A DNA stretch of 64,000 nt from NCBI GenBank assembly GCA_951406725.2, contig OX597830.1:56296001-56360000 (forward strand), given 5' to 3'. Shown here in pieces: positions 15,680 through 62,504 of the stretch. The stretch comes from Octopus vulgaris (Eukaryota). The notes under the pieces are model-generated. The model saw nothing but the letters and a program-made list of their open reading frames with translations. It made no database searches and was not told the DNA's origin. The translations under genes were made by a program, and so were the position numbers. Each line of letters opens with the position of its first letter. Position 1 is the stretch's first letter.

Positions 15680-18600
15680 AATAAGAGAGAGACAACAAAA
15701 GAAGTAATAGAAATACGACAAAGACATTCGGTGTCATGTCAACAGTCATTTATGCCAGTAAGATGCAGGGGACTATATAGAACTGCATATATCTTCCACT
15801 GGCATTGCCCTAAGGACCATACCATGAAAGGAAATTCTTGGTAAGATTTTATCACAACTCAAGAAATAATGGTACTGGCCTGTCTGAGTATTGTTTCACA
15901 GAATGTCATAACAGAGAGAGAGAGAGCAGAAGAGATTCGGTCATGTGTTGCACATGACCATGAAGAGAGATCTGTGAGAGATTCACTTGAGTGGAATCCA
16001 AAGAGAAGGGTGTAAGAGGTAAAGGAAGATGTGGTTGAAAACCTGGCATGTATAGGCCTTGTCTGGGAGGAGGCTCATGATAGAAGTCTATTGACTGGTT
16101 TACATGGTGATCGTCATCTGAAACATCATGAGAATCAATATGAACTAAAATGTGGTAATTCACTGCTAAATATTGAACGTAGGCACAGGCATTGGTCTTG
16201 TGATTAAGAAGCTTGCTTTGCAACCACATGGTTTGAGGTTCAGTCCTACTGCAAGTGTCTTCTACTAAAGCACCAGGCTGACCAATACCTTGTGTGAATT
16301 TGGTAGACAGAAACTGAAGAAGTCTGTCTTGCACATGTGCATGTGTATTTGTTTGCCTCCATCACCACCACTTAACAATTGGTGTTGTTTATATGCCTGT
16401 AACTTAGTGGTTCAGCAAAAGACACCAACAAAATAAGTACCAGGCTGCAAAAGTACTGGGGTCGATTTGTTCAACTAAACATTTCAAGGCAATACCTCCA
16501 GCATGGCCAGTCCAGTGACTGAAACAAATAAAGGATATTTTCCGAATTAGTATAAGATTTCTTAAATATTTGGAAGGTCAGCATTCAACTTCAGTAATTT
16601 TTTTTTCTTTATCTAATAGCCAGTATGGTGATTCAAACATCCAAACTGAGGAACATAGTTGAGTTTTGATTGTGCTCCAGCTTGGTCACAGCCAGACTTG
16701 GTTACTATGAAGACTGGGCTATATTTCTTCAAATTAGTCACAACACCCATACCCAACTGATCTTAATTTTGATTTTCCTGGGTCCCCTACTACACTCTGA
16801 AACCATACATTAGTTTTAGGCATCATTTACAATATCTGTTACATCAACAGATTGAATAGTTCTATGGGGCGGGGGTTTATTGTTAAATATCACAAGAATG
16901 TAAACAGGTTAACCCTTTTCCTTTTGATATCTATGAGCTAAATTAAAACCAGCCGTTAAAATTTCATGTTAATTTATGACCCAAGCACCAGCTTAATAAT
17001 GTTATGCACCCAATTCATCATTTTCAAAATTAAATGAAACAAAATCAGTGTCTTTCAACAAATATAGTAACAAAAGGGTTAAGCAGATTAAGGGCAAAGC
17101 TACTACAGAAATGATGTCATTACTGAAGTGGTTGGCCCTTATTTCAAAATGTTTGGGGACCACTTTAAGTAGAATCATAAAGGATGCAAAATCATTATTC
17201 TACAGCCCCAGATTAGCCTTGACTTGATTGAGTAGAGTTATGATCAAAAGCTTTCCAGTTGTGACCATCCCATCTTTAGGAGTAACTAGGACCACATCAA
17301 ATGTGTTAATATTTATAGTGATGAGGAAGCAGAGTGAGGGGGATTAATTTGAGGGAGATTCGGCTGCTGCTTCTAGGAGAAAAAGCAACTATGTAGAGAA
17401 GCTACCTTGTTGGTTGATTCATTGTCTGTTTAAGTGGTAACCAAAGATTAATAAAAGCTAATAATATAAAGCTGGGCCAAGGAAATGTTGTCATATGTCA
17501 CTAAAGCAGAGTCCCTTTATTTCTTTCAGATTCCATCGAGAGGTTACTGGACTTGTGTGAGAATGGTACGACCATCAGCCACCAGGAGAAAGCATTGTTG
17601 GTGATCAGAAATATCAGTTGCCACTGTTCAAATAAAAATAAACTTTTGGCCTACAGTAAGTTTGTCATTTGGAAGTTTTGGTTAAGAGAAATCTCTGTAG
17701 ATCAGGCCAATAACCTTGGGGGGTTAAGGTTTGCTCTGCAATCACATGGTTCGAGAGTCAACTCCACTGCATTGTACCTTAGATAAGGGTCTTCTACTAC
17801 TGTTGCTTGGAGTGAAAGTAGTGGGGCACAAAAAAGAAAAATTGAAGTCTGCATCTGTTTTTAAGAGGTAGAATTAATTTAGTACAACTGGGCTCCAGAT
17901 ACCTTTAGTATTATTGTCAAGTTTAACACCACCACCTGGTCCTTGGGTACCTTTAGCAGAGTTCACTCTCTGGCAAACATTGATAGGGATCTCCTCTGGT
18001 TGTCTGTTGAATAACTCCATATCTTGCAATGATGCTTTCTCCTGCAGGAACCCTATGCCTTATGGTTTTTCTTTTACGCTTTCTTGATGAAATATCAAGT
18101 CCTGCAAAACAATTACGCCCCCACCCCCGCCCTCTCAACCAAACCCTAAGGGTGAAAAAGGAAATAAAAAAAGAAAAAATTGGAAGCTTTTGAATCCTAG
18201 AAAAGAAATGTTTTGATGAATTAATAAAATATTAGATGACTAATTAGAATGAAAGTAAATAAATAGCATTTGGAGACATTCAGAAAACTATAAAAGATAA
18301 TGGTTTCATCTTTTGATTCACAATTTTTTGGGTTAAATTTTGGACAGAATTCTTTCAATGTGTTGTTTTTATTCTTATTTTCTTTTCAGAATACTGCTTT
18401 GTATAATGTTTTAGCTGCCATCTCTGAGAAATTTGACAAGAAAAGTGGATTTTAGAAGGGCTTACCCTCCACCCTTACCTAGTAATAGAAGCGAGGACTT
18501 TGTTTCAAATGGAATTAAAACTGGACAAATTTTTTTTTTTTTAATGAGAAGATAACTAATTAAAAATATTCTTTATTTCCTTGCAGATCAGCTAATTCCA

Positions 18601-19196
18601 GTTTTGCTTAAATGCTTGGCGAGCGAAGAAGAGATATTGAAAGTGATTGCAGCTACCACATTATCAGCACTAGTTTACAATAATCAAAAGGTAAAATTAC
18701 ACAGCGTGTGTTGTCCTCTCTTATTTCCATACACTTTTGATACTAACCTGCCTGAGATGGTTCTGTTCATTCAAAACCCATCTTGTTTTTTAAAGCATTT
18801 CATATTTAAATTGTCCACTCATAATTTTATGCAAGAACCTTTGATTAGTTTATTTTCCAAACACCAGCTTTGTAATGAAGTTGTTTTACTAAATCCATCC
18901 CCTCCCCCATTCTTGATTTTTCAAATTAATTGAAACATACATGGTGTATTTCCTTGGAAATATGGTCCCAAAAGGGGTTAAATTTCATTTAATTTCCAAA
19001 ATCCAACACTTTTGTGATAGTTTCTTATTGTTTTTTTTTTTTGTCTTTTTTCTATTTCCAGGCAAAAGTCATTCTTAAGAATGCCAATATGTTACCTAAC
19101 TTGCAAGACTCACTGCAAGGTTTGTCTGAATTCTCAGAACTGGGTCTCAAATGTAAAGAACATGTCCAAAATATCATAGAGTCTATTATAGAATAG
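579..19196 (+). CDS. RTTN: Rotatin, 3' part (12 coding exons; 5' part lies outside the window)
   Basis: Exons 579-808, 3075-3215, 4335-4520, 6425-6592, 7004-7107, 9341-9418, 10229-10355, 11450-11667, 15347-15503, 17530-17655, 18587-18690 and 19062-19196 are all AG/GT bounded and phase-compatible. The C-terminal peptide (WLELFRSLSFSDEGQLMI...LLVIRNISCHCSNKNKLLA...ALVYNNQKAKVILK) matches the recalled vertebrate rotatin C-terminus (WLKLLLNISSGEDGQQMI...NVCFSPANKPKILA...ALIYNYQKAKTALK). Confidence 0.88.
1755..1880 (+). pseudogene. Short RTE RT remnant
   Basis: EFSVYVGVHRGSVLTPFLVIIVLQ is homologous to EFRVEVGVHQGSVLSPLLFIIVLQ at about 60440-60510. Confidence 0.7.
3075..3215 (+). CDS. RTTN: RTTN exon (ESQPIHVMCE...ENWSILF)
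   Basis: ttttag| and |gtaaat; phase 1-1. Confidence 0.8.
3403..3763 (-). mobile_element. RTE-tail element (related copies at about 11700-12160, 39315-39562, 46480-46930, 52933-53058)
   Basis: Shares the RTE 3' end AACCCATGCTAGCATGGA...ACGTTAAAC(GAT)n. Confidence 0.75.
4335..4520 (+). CDS. RTTN: RTTN exon (GCIEYTLLKK...PPSSKR)
   Basis: tttcag| and |gtaagt; phase 1-1. Confidence 0.8.
5911..6295 (-). mobile_element. tRNA-derived SINE family C with a 13-bp TSD
   Basis: Head GGAGGCGCAATGGCCCAGTAGTTAG and B-box GTTTCGATTCC; TSD TCCCTTGGTCACT at 5898-5910 and 6296-6308. Confidence 0.85.
6425..6592 (+). CDS. RTTN: RTTN exon (DANQNTTSGSILCNLLM...ALKCLLAISFSAKDTALK)
   Basis: tttcag| and |gtaaac; phase 1-1. 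Confidence 0.85.
7004..7107 (+). CDS. RTTN: RTTN exon (GGFVESVMQHLK...SRKKQ)
   Basis: ttacag| and |gtttgt; phase 1-0. Confidence 0.8.
7710..8091 (+). mobile_element. RTE 3'-UTR copy (short truncated insertion)
   Basis: Near-identical to 61730-62110, including the (GAT)n tail. Confidence 0.88.
9341..9418 (+). CDS. RTTN: RTTN exon (TESLLQDVLMAFQILTNFATHHQEVK)
   Basis: ttctag| and |gtgagt; 78 nt, phase 0-0; absent from the ORF track. Confidence 0.82.
9568..9984 (+). mobile_element. SINE family A copy
   Basis: Colinear with 57513-57915. Confidence 0.85.
10229..10355 (+). CDS. RTTN: RTTN exon (LVCQSSYLPQMVHSMWCWC...YTANCPK)
   Basis: ttgcag| and |gtaaga; phase 0-1. Confidence 0.88.
10800..11290. 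repeat. Degenerate tandem repeat, unit about 50-60 bp
   Basis: Recurring GAGCCA.TTT.GT...AGAGG.GTGTG(G)AGTATAGCATAGA. Confidence 0.65.
11450..11667 (+). CDS. RTTN: RTTN exon (ACSSLAYTHP...SGECRNILLK)
   Basis: ttacag| and |gtcagt; phase 1-0. Confidence 0.88.
12980..13790 (-). repeat. Head-to-tail array of about 4-5 SINE family B copies
   Basis: Repeated GAAAGG.AAAGTCAAC...TTTGAACTCAGAA...CTAAGCATTTTG units. Confidence 0.72.
13886..14333 (-). mobile_element. SINE family A copy
   Basis: Reverse complement of 57513-57915. Confidence 0.85.
15347..15503 (+). CDS. RTTN: RTTN exon (VNFLNEFLNIT...SDEGQLMIFKIK)
   Basis: acgcag| and |gtaaga; phase 0-1. Confidence 0.88.
15720..16110 (+). pseudogene. 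Degenerate LINE (RTE-like) RT C-terminal remnant
   Basis: Frameshifted motifs IYASK, FHWHC, W*DFITTQEI, RFGHVLHM, LEWNP, AHDRSL. Confidence 0.6.
17530..17655 (+). CDS. RTTN: RTTN exon (NSIERLLDLCE...NKNKLLAY)
   Basis: tttcag| and |gtaagt; phase 1-1. Confidence 0.88.
18587..18690 (+). CDS. RTTN: RTTN exon (NQLIPVLLKCL...ALVYNNQK)
   Basis: ttgcag| and |gtaaaa; phase 1-0. Confidence 0.9.
19062..19196 (+). CDS. RTTN: RTTN terminal coding exon (AKVILKNANM...IIESIIE*)
   Basis: ttccag| acceptor; TAG stop at 19194-19196. Confidence 0.88.
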   Translation, partial: AKVILKNANMLPNLQDSLQGLSEFSELGLKCKEHVQNIIESIIE

Positions 19197-19218
19197 CTTG
19201 ACAGGAGAGAAAAAAAAA

Positions 19219-19228
19219 AATAAATAAA
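19219..19228 (+). terminator. Candidate RTTN polyadenylation signals (two overlapping AATAAA)
   Basis: AATAAA at 19219-19224 and 19223-19228, about 25 nt after the stop; A-rich context. Confidence 0.45.
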
Positions 19229-19337
19229 AGATGGAAAGAAAATTTGATGAATTTTTTTGCAATGTAAATTAATTTAATTGTAGTTTCTGTTGATATCAAA
19301 ACATCCATAATTTATGTACAAATTAGAAAAAATGTCA

Positions 19338-56582
<37,245 letters not shown>

Positions 56583-56804
56583 CTACAAAGAAAGAAAGAA
56601 CAGGTTTTTTTTTTCCTTTAAGTTTTTTAGCACAAAAAATATAAATAAGGGATTCTAAGAAATCTGTCACCTGGAGCCACGAATTTACAAAGCAAATGTT
56701 TTAACTAATCAACCATGTGGGAGTGGATAGGTGAGTGTGAGTCTCATAGTTATTAATCTGTTTCTGTCTTTAATAAAATAATTTAAATTCAGATACATCC
56801 CATC

Positions 56805-56855
<51 letters not shown>

Positions 56856-57096
56856 CCCACCCCACTCACACAAACAATGATGTGGTTCTTTCAGAGTTTC
56901 TGCCTACCAAATCCACTCACAAAGCTTTGGTCAACCCTTGGCTAAAGGATAACACAATGGCTTTGGATTCAATCCCACCATCCAGCACCTTAGGCAAGTG
57001 TCTTCTACTATAGCCACATGCTGACCAAAGCCTTGTGAGTGATTTAGCGAACAAAAGGTAAAAGATGCCCATCATTTATGTATATATGTATGTATG

Positions 57097-57145
<49 letters not shown>

Positions 57146-57154
57146 CTGTATAAC

Positions 57155-57419
57155 ATATTGTAATATTATATATTATAATAATATTTTATTCTCCAATTTG
57201 AAGTGATAATTTTTAAATACAAACAAATGACTGAAAAATGATGGCTGAAATTGATGGGTGAGTGTTTGGCCCAATCAGATATGCAAGGAGCCATGTTAGT
57301 ATTGATTTGTGGGTTCGATTCTGGCTGGGGTTAGCTCATAATTTTTGCAGTCATTTGTTTGCATTTATAAATTGTCGCTTCGAATCACAGAATAAAATAT
57401 TGATATATTATTATACTAT
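57155..57419. mobile_element. Inverted-repeat element enclosing a tRNA-like core
   Basis: Arms about 57155-57246 and 57332-57419; internal GGTTCGATTC B-box. Confidence 0.7.
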
Positions 57420-57512
57420 GAGCTTTCCATAGTAGCTTTCTCTCCATAACTTACAAAACGTTCTGTGTTTGTTTACAAATATTATATATGTTATATATAT
57501 ATATATATATAT

Positions 57513-57915
57513 AGGCGCAGGAGTGGCTGTGTGGTAAGTAGCTTGCTAACCAACCACATGGTTCCGGGTTCAGTCCTACTGCGTGGCATCTTGGGCAAGT
57601 GTCTTCTGCTATAGCCCCGGGCCGACCAATGCCTTGTGAGTGGATTTGGTAGACGGAAACTGAAAGAAGCCCGTCGTATATATGTATATATATATGTATG
57701 TGTGTGTGTGTTTGTGTGTCTGTGTTTGTCCCCCTAGCATTGCTTGACAACCGATGCTGGTGTGTTTACGTCCCCGTAACTTAGCGGTTCGGCAATAGAG
57801 ACCGATAGAATAAGTACTGGGCTTACAAAGAATAAGTCCCGGGGTCGATTTGCTTGACTAAAAAAAGCCGGTGCTCCAGCATGGCTGCAGTCAAATGACT
57901 GAAACAAGTAAAAGA
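57513..57915 (+). mobile_element. tRNA-derived SINE family A, full copy with internal (TA)n(TG)n
   Basis: A-box-like TGGCTGTGTGGT and B-box-like GGTTCAGTCC. Other copies at about 922-1298(+), 9568-9984(+), 13886-14333(-), 16181-16533(+), 35061-35392(-), 40869-41251(+), 41327-41739(-), 51403-51796(+), 55535-55893(+). Confidence 0.85.
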
Positions 57916-59493
57916 GAAAAAAAGAGAAAGAGAAAAAGAGGTATGCTGGTGCAAACAAGAAAAATAGAGCCCAAAATATGAGTACATGTATAATTTTTAT
58001 TAATATTTAGCAGATTCAAGGTCTGAGAGTTTCATGCATTTGCACTTATCAAACTAGTCACAGGTCAAAGGCCTGTTGATAAATAAATATATATTGATAA
58101 ATCTTGTGCATGTCATCACATATGCATACACACATTCACATATACACAGACATACATACCAATATATATGGAGGGGGTATGTATTTGTGCCTCCTTGTCT
58201 TGACATTGTATGACTGTTGTAAATGAGTGTCACCATCATACAAGTTTCTATGGAAACATGTCTGGGCATGGGGAAATATTAACTGCCAGACGTAACACAT
58301 ATTTATTCACATTGTTTTGAATCAATCATGCATTGAATCGTAGCTTTGAGATTTCAATGATATGATTGTTTACTTTTAGAACGACATTGTGGGATGGGTG
58401 TGAAAGGCTGGATCTAGTCATTTTGAATGTAAAACAAGTAGAATATTTTAGATTGGATATGGCCAGTTTAAATGCTCGAGGGTTAGCTTGCTTAGAAAAC
58501 AAGTGAGAGTTGGGGACAGGAAAGGCATCCAACTATAGAAAATCAGAATGAATTTCACCTGACCCATGTGAGCATGGAAATGTGGATGTTAAAACATTGA
58601 TGACAGTTGCATAATACATAGTGGTTTTTATTGTTTCATGAACCAATTCCTTTTCTACTCTAGGCACAAGGCCTGAAATTTTGGGGGAAAGGGCCAGTTG
58701 ATTAGATCGATCCCAGTACACAACTGGTACTTAATTTATTGACCCTGAAAGGATAAAAGGCAATTGACTGAACCCTCCCCGCACTGTATATTGGTTCATG
58801 TCTGTTACAAATTATTCATTTAATCCTTAGACCTATACCTCCATCAAGTGAAGCCTCTACATCAGGCATGTGCAACCTTTTTTGAAAAATGGGCCACAAA
58901 AGGCATGGCTCGTCACCAGGTAGGTTGCATTAATAAGAAAATTCAAGTTATTTTTTATTTTGTTTTTTATAAGGTGTGCCATGCCAAAAATCCTGTGGAC
59001 TGTAGGATGCCCATGTTGGTTCTATTTGGTTGCTCAGGCTGCTAGAAGTAATAACCAAATCTACATAGAATTAGGAAATCACACAATCTGGCAGCTGAAA
59101 AACAAACCCAAGAAACACAGGATAAAGTAATCCAAGTTATACTATGCCTGAAATTAAAAAAGAAGACGATGGAATGGCCATGGCTAGAATACTAGGGCTG
59201 ACCTGACATAGAACAACAAATGCCCTTATTCATTAACAAGAGAATTTAAATATGAAGAACTGTTTAAGATTAGTTCAAAGTTGCTAATAAATTACATGTG
59301 AGAGAATGCAAGCGGGTGTGTGTGTGCATGTGTAAGAATGTGTGCATACGCATGAGTGAATGTGCATGATGAGAGTGAGTGAGTTTGTGTGCGTTTGAGA
59401 GGGTTAGGTAGACAAGCCGAAAGAATTTTGATGTGTATTTACATCAATGATCCTCATTTAATGCCAGCACATAAGGCAGACGTTAAACAATGA

Positions 59494-59533
<40 letters not shown>

Positions 59534-59777
59534 AGGTTATGAGACAGGTAACGGTGTCAAGAAGACCAAAGGTGTTAGGTAATGCTGAGTAAGTGCTATG
59601 GACAGACTATAGTTAAGCTCCAGGTTCGGTGATTATGTGAATGAAGAGTCCAATGTAGGTCATATATCAGCATGTGTATATATAAAAAAATTAACAGAAT
59701 GAGATAAAAATCCAAGGCTGTGAAAGTTTTCAGAAAATTTATAAATAGGTTTTATGGCTGTTTCCAGGATATCTTAT

Positions 59778-60032
59778 ATCATGCCGGTGACACGTAAAAG
59801 CACCATCCGTTCGTGGCCGTTCGCCAGCTCTGTCTGGCACCTGTGCAGGTGGCACGTAAAAAACACCCACTACACTCGCGGAGTGGTTGGCGTTAGGAAG
59901 GGCATCCAGCCGTAGAAACACTGCCAGATCTGACTGGGCCTGACGAAGCCTTCCAGCTTCACAGACCCCAGTTGACCCGTCCAACCCATGCTAGCATGGA
60001 AAACGGACGCTAAACGATGATGATGATGATGA

Positions 60033-60034
<2 letters not shown>
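59778..60034 (+). mobile_element. RTE 3'-end fragment directly upstream of the long RTE copy
   Basis: Similar to 61850-62110; ends ...GGAAAACGGACGCTAAAC(GAT)n. Confidence 0.85.
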
Positions 60035-60077
<43 letters not shown>

Positions 60078-60079
<2 letters not shown>

Positions 60080-62110
60080 TACAAATAACTACAGAGGTAT
60101 CAAGCTGTTGGACCAGGTGATGAAGGTTACGGAGAGGGTCATAGCCCAACTAATTAGAGAGAGAGTTAGTTTAGATGAGATGCAGTTTGGGTTTGTGCCA
60201 GGGAAAAGTACTACTGATGCTATATTCCTGGTAAGGCAGCTGCAGGAGAAATACCTAGCCAAAGATAAGCCCCTGTACCTCGCTTTTGTTGACATGGAGA
60301 AAGCCTTCGACAGGGTCCCCCGATCCCTTATCTGGTGGGCAATGAGGAAACTAGGGATAGATGAATGGTTAGTGAGAGCTGTGCGGGCCATGTATAGGGA
60401 CGCCGCTAGTAGGGTGAGGGTTGGAAATGTGTACAGTGAAGAATTCCGGGTAGAGGTAGGAGTCCACCAAGGCTCAGTACTCAGCCCCCTCCTATTTATC
60501 ATAGTCCTCCAGGCAATAACGGAGGAATTCAAGACAGGATGCCCTTGGGAGCTCCTCTATGCTGATGACCTTGCTCTAATTGCTGAGTCGCTATCAGAAC
60601 TGGAGGAGAAGTTTCAGGTGTGGAAACAAGGATTAGAATCGAAGGGCCTCAGAGTCAATCTAGCTAAAACCAAAGTCGTAATCAGTAGGAAGGTAGACAA
60701 ATCACAAACACCTTCAGGTAGATGGCCCTGCTCGATCTGTAGAAAAGGTGTAGGTAGAAACTCTATAAGATGCACCAAGTGTAAGCTATGGACACATAAG
60801 AGATGCAGCAATGTCAAAGGAAGGCTAACTAGGAAGATGGTTTTTGTATGTGGCAGATGCTCAGGAACAATAAACACTGAAAATGCTCTGAGACCAACTT
60901 CAGTCACTTTCCAGGGAGAAAAACTAGAAATAGTTGATAGTTTCCGTTACCTAGGTGACCAAGTCAGCAGCGGGGGCGGGTGTGCTGAAAGTGTAACTGC
61001 TAGAGTAAGAATAGCTTGGGCAAAGTTCAGAGAGCTCTTACCTCTGCTGGTGACAAAAGGCCTCTCGCACAGAGTGAAAGGCAGACTGTATGATGCGTGT
61101 GTACGAACAGCCATGCTACATGGCAGTGAAACATGGGCCGTGACTGCTGAGGATATGCGTAAGCTCGCTAGAAATGAAGCCAGTATGCTCCGATGGATGT
61201 GTAATGCCGGTACTCACACTCGGCAGAGTGTAAGTACCTTGAGAGAAAAGCTGGACCTAAGAAGCATCAGTTGTGGTGTGCAAGAGAGACGTTTGCGCTG
61301 GTATGGTCATGTGGCGAGAATGGATGAAGATAGTTGTGTGAAAAAGTGCCACACCCTAGCGGTTGAGGGAACCTGTGGAAGAGGCAGACCCAGGAAAACC
61401 TGGGACGAGGTGGTGAAGCACGACCTTCGAACTTTAGGTCTCACTGAGGAAATGACTAGAGACCGAGACCTCTGGAAGTGTGCTGTGCGCGAGAAGACCC
61501 GGCAGGACAAGTGAGTCCATAACCCGTGGCCTTCTACATGGGATGGAGCCAGCCTACGTATGCATACCTTCCCTTCTTGGGACACAAAACTCTACTTGTG
61601 AAGACGTGTTGAGGCAAGTGAGGATCAGAATCGAAATCGATCAATGGAAATTGCGGATGTGCTACCAGTGCCGGTGGCATGTCAAAACTCTGCTTGTGAA
61701 GACCCGTTGAGGCAAGTGAGGATCAGAATCGAAATCGATCAATGGAAATTGCAGATGTGTTACCAGTGCCGGTGACATGTAAGAGAACTTTCCGTTTCGC
61801 GACCGTTGCCAGCACCGCCCCGTTTCGTGTCCGTTGCCAGCCTCGCCTGGCCCTCGTGCCGGTGGCACATAAAAAGCGCCATCCGTTCGTGGCCGTTTGC
61901 CAGCTCTGTCTGGCACCAGTGCGGGTGGCACGTAAAAAGCACCCACTACACTCACGGAGTGGTTGGCGTTAGGAAGGGCATCCAGCCGTAGAAACACTGC
62001 CAGATTTGACTGGGCCTGATGAAGCCTTCTGGCTTCACAGACCCCAGTAGAACCGTCCAACCCATGCTAGCATGGAAAACGGACGCTAAACGATGATGAT
62101 GATGATGATG
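60078..62110 (+). mobile_element. 5'-truncated RTE-clade non-LTR retrotransposon, apparently young
   Basis: Begins at NYRGIKLL, the start of the RT domain; uninterrupted ORF to 61514; 3' UTR ends in a (GAT)n tail; flanked by (TA)n. Confidence 0.92.
60108..61514 (+). CDS. Reverse transcriptase (RTE-type ORF, N-terminally truncated) with an inserted C4HC3 finger
   Basis: Motifs QFGF, FVDMEKAFDRV, GVHQGSVLSPLLF, LYADD, FRYLG, RRLRWYGHV, RGRPRKTW; no stops over 468 codons. Confidence 0.93.
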   Translation: MDQVMKVTERVIAQLIRERVSLDEMQFGFVPGKSTTDAIFLVRQLQEKYLAKDKPLYLAFVDMEKAFDRVPRSLIWWAMRKLGIDEWLVRAVRAMYRDAASRVRVGNVYSEEFRVEVGVHQGSVLSPLLFIIVLQAITEEFKTGCPWELLYADDLALIAESLSELEEKFQVWKQGLESKGLRVNLAKTKVVISRKVDKSQTPSGRWPCSICRKGVGRNSIRCTKCKLWTHKRCSNVKGRLTRKMVFVCGRCSGTINTENALRPTSVTFQGEKLEIVDSFRYLGDQVSSGGGCAESVTARVRIAWAKFRELLPLLVTKGLSHRVKGRLYDACVRTAMLHGSETWAVTAEDMRKLARNEASMLRWMCNAGTHTRQSVSTLREKLDLRSISCGVQERRLRWYGHVARMDEDSCVKKCHTLAVEGTCGRGRPRKTWDEVVKHDLRTLGLTEEMTRDRDLWKCAVREKTRQDK

Positions 62111-62122
62111 ATATACACACAC

Positions 62123-62155
<33 letters not shown>

Positions 62156-62215
62156 CCGGAGTAAACACATAAATGTGAAACAAGGTGGAAAAAAGAGTAC
62201 TCAAATACCAGTGGT

Positions 62216-62262
<47 letters not shown>

Positions 62263-62453
62263 ACATACATACATATATATGTTGGACTTTACTCATAGGA
62301 TATTGGAATATTGCATATATACCATTATGCCTAAAAAATGGATTTACAACTTTAATATCCATACATATCTTGCATCTATTTTCTTTCCTCCACCTCACTC
62401 TCTATTTTGTATCACATCTAAACTAACTATAACTTAACCATCCTCTCACACCC

Positions 62454-62504
62454 TCTCTGATGAAGGGAATATTATTAATTAATATCCTTGAAACAGCTGT
62501 AAGA
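62454..62504 (+). ncRNA. Minimal type I hammerhead ribozyme motif (Penelope-like)
   Basis: UCU-CUGAUGA-[AGGG A AUAUUA uuaau UAAUAU CCUU]-GAAA-CAGCUG-UA|AGA: full core, palindromic stem III, GUA cleavage triplet. Confidence 0.65.

Noticed and set aside
15906-16334. 142-aa minus-strand ORF as a nested antisense gene
   Set aside because: The opposite strand carries decayed RTE RT C-terminal motifs, and the ORF's 5' part is a SINE
18390-18455. Strong + strand acceptor as an extra RTTN exon
   Set aside because: In the required phase it stops after 5 codons, and the flanking exons already join into rotatin-like sequence
60089-60532. 147-aa antisense ORF over the RT
   Set aside because: Shadow ORF of the RTE coding strand with no independent motifs
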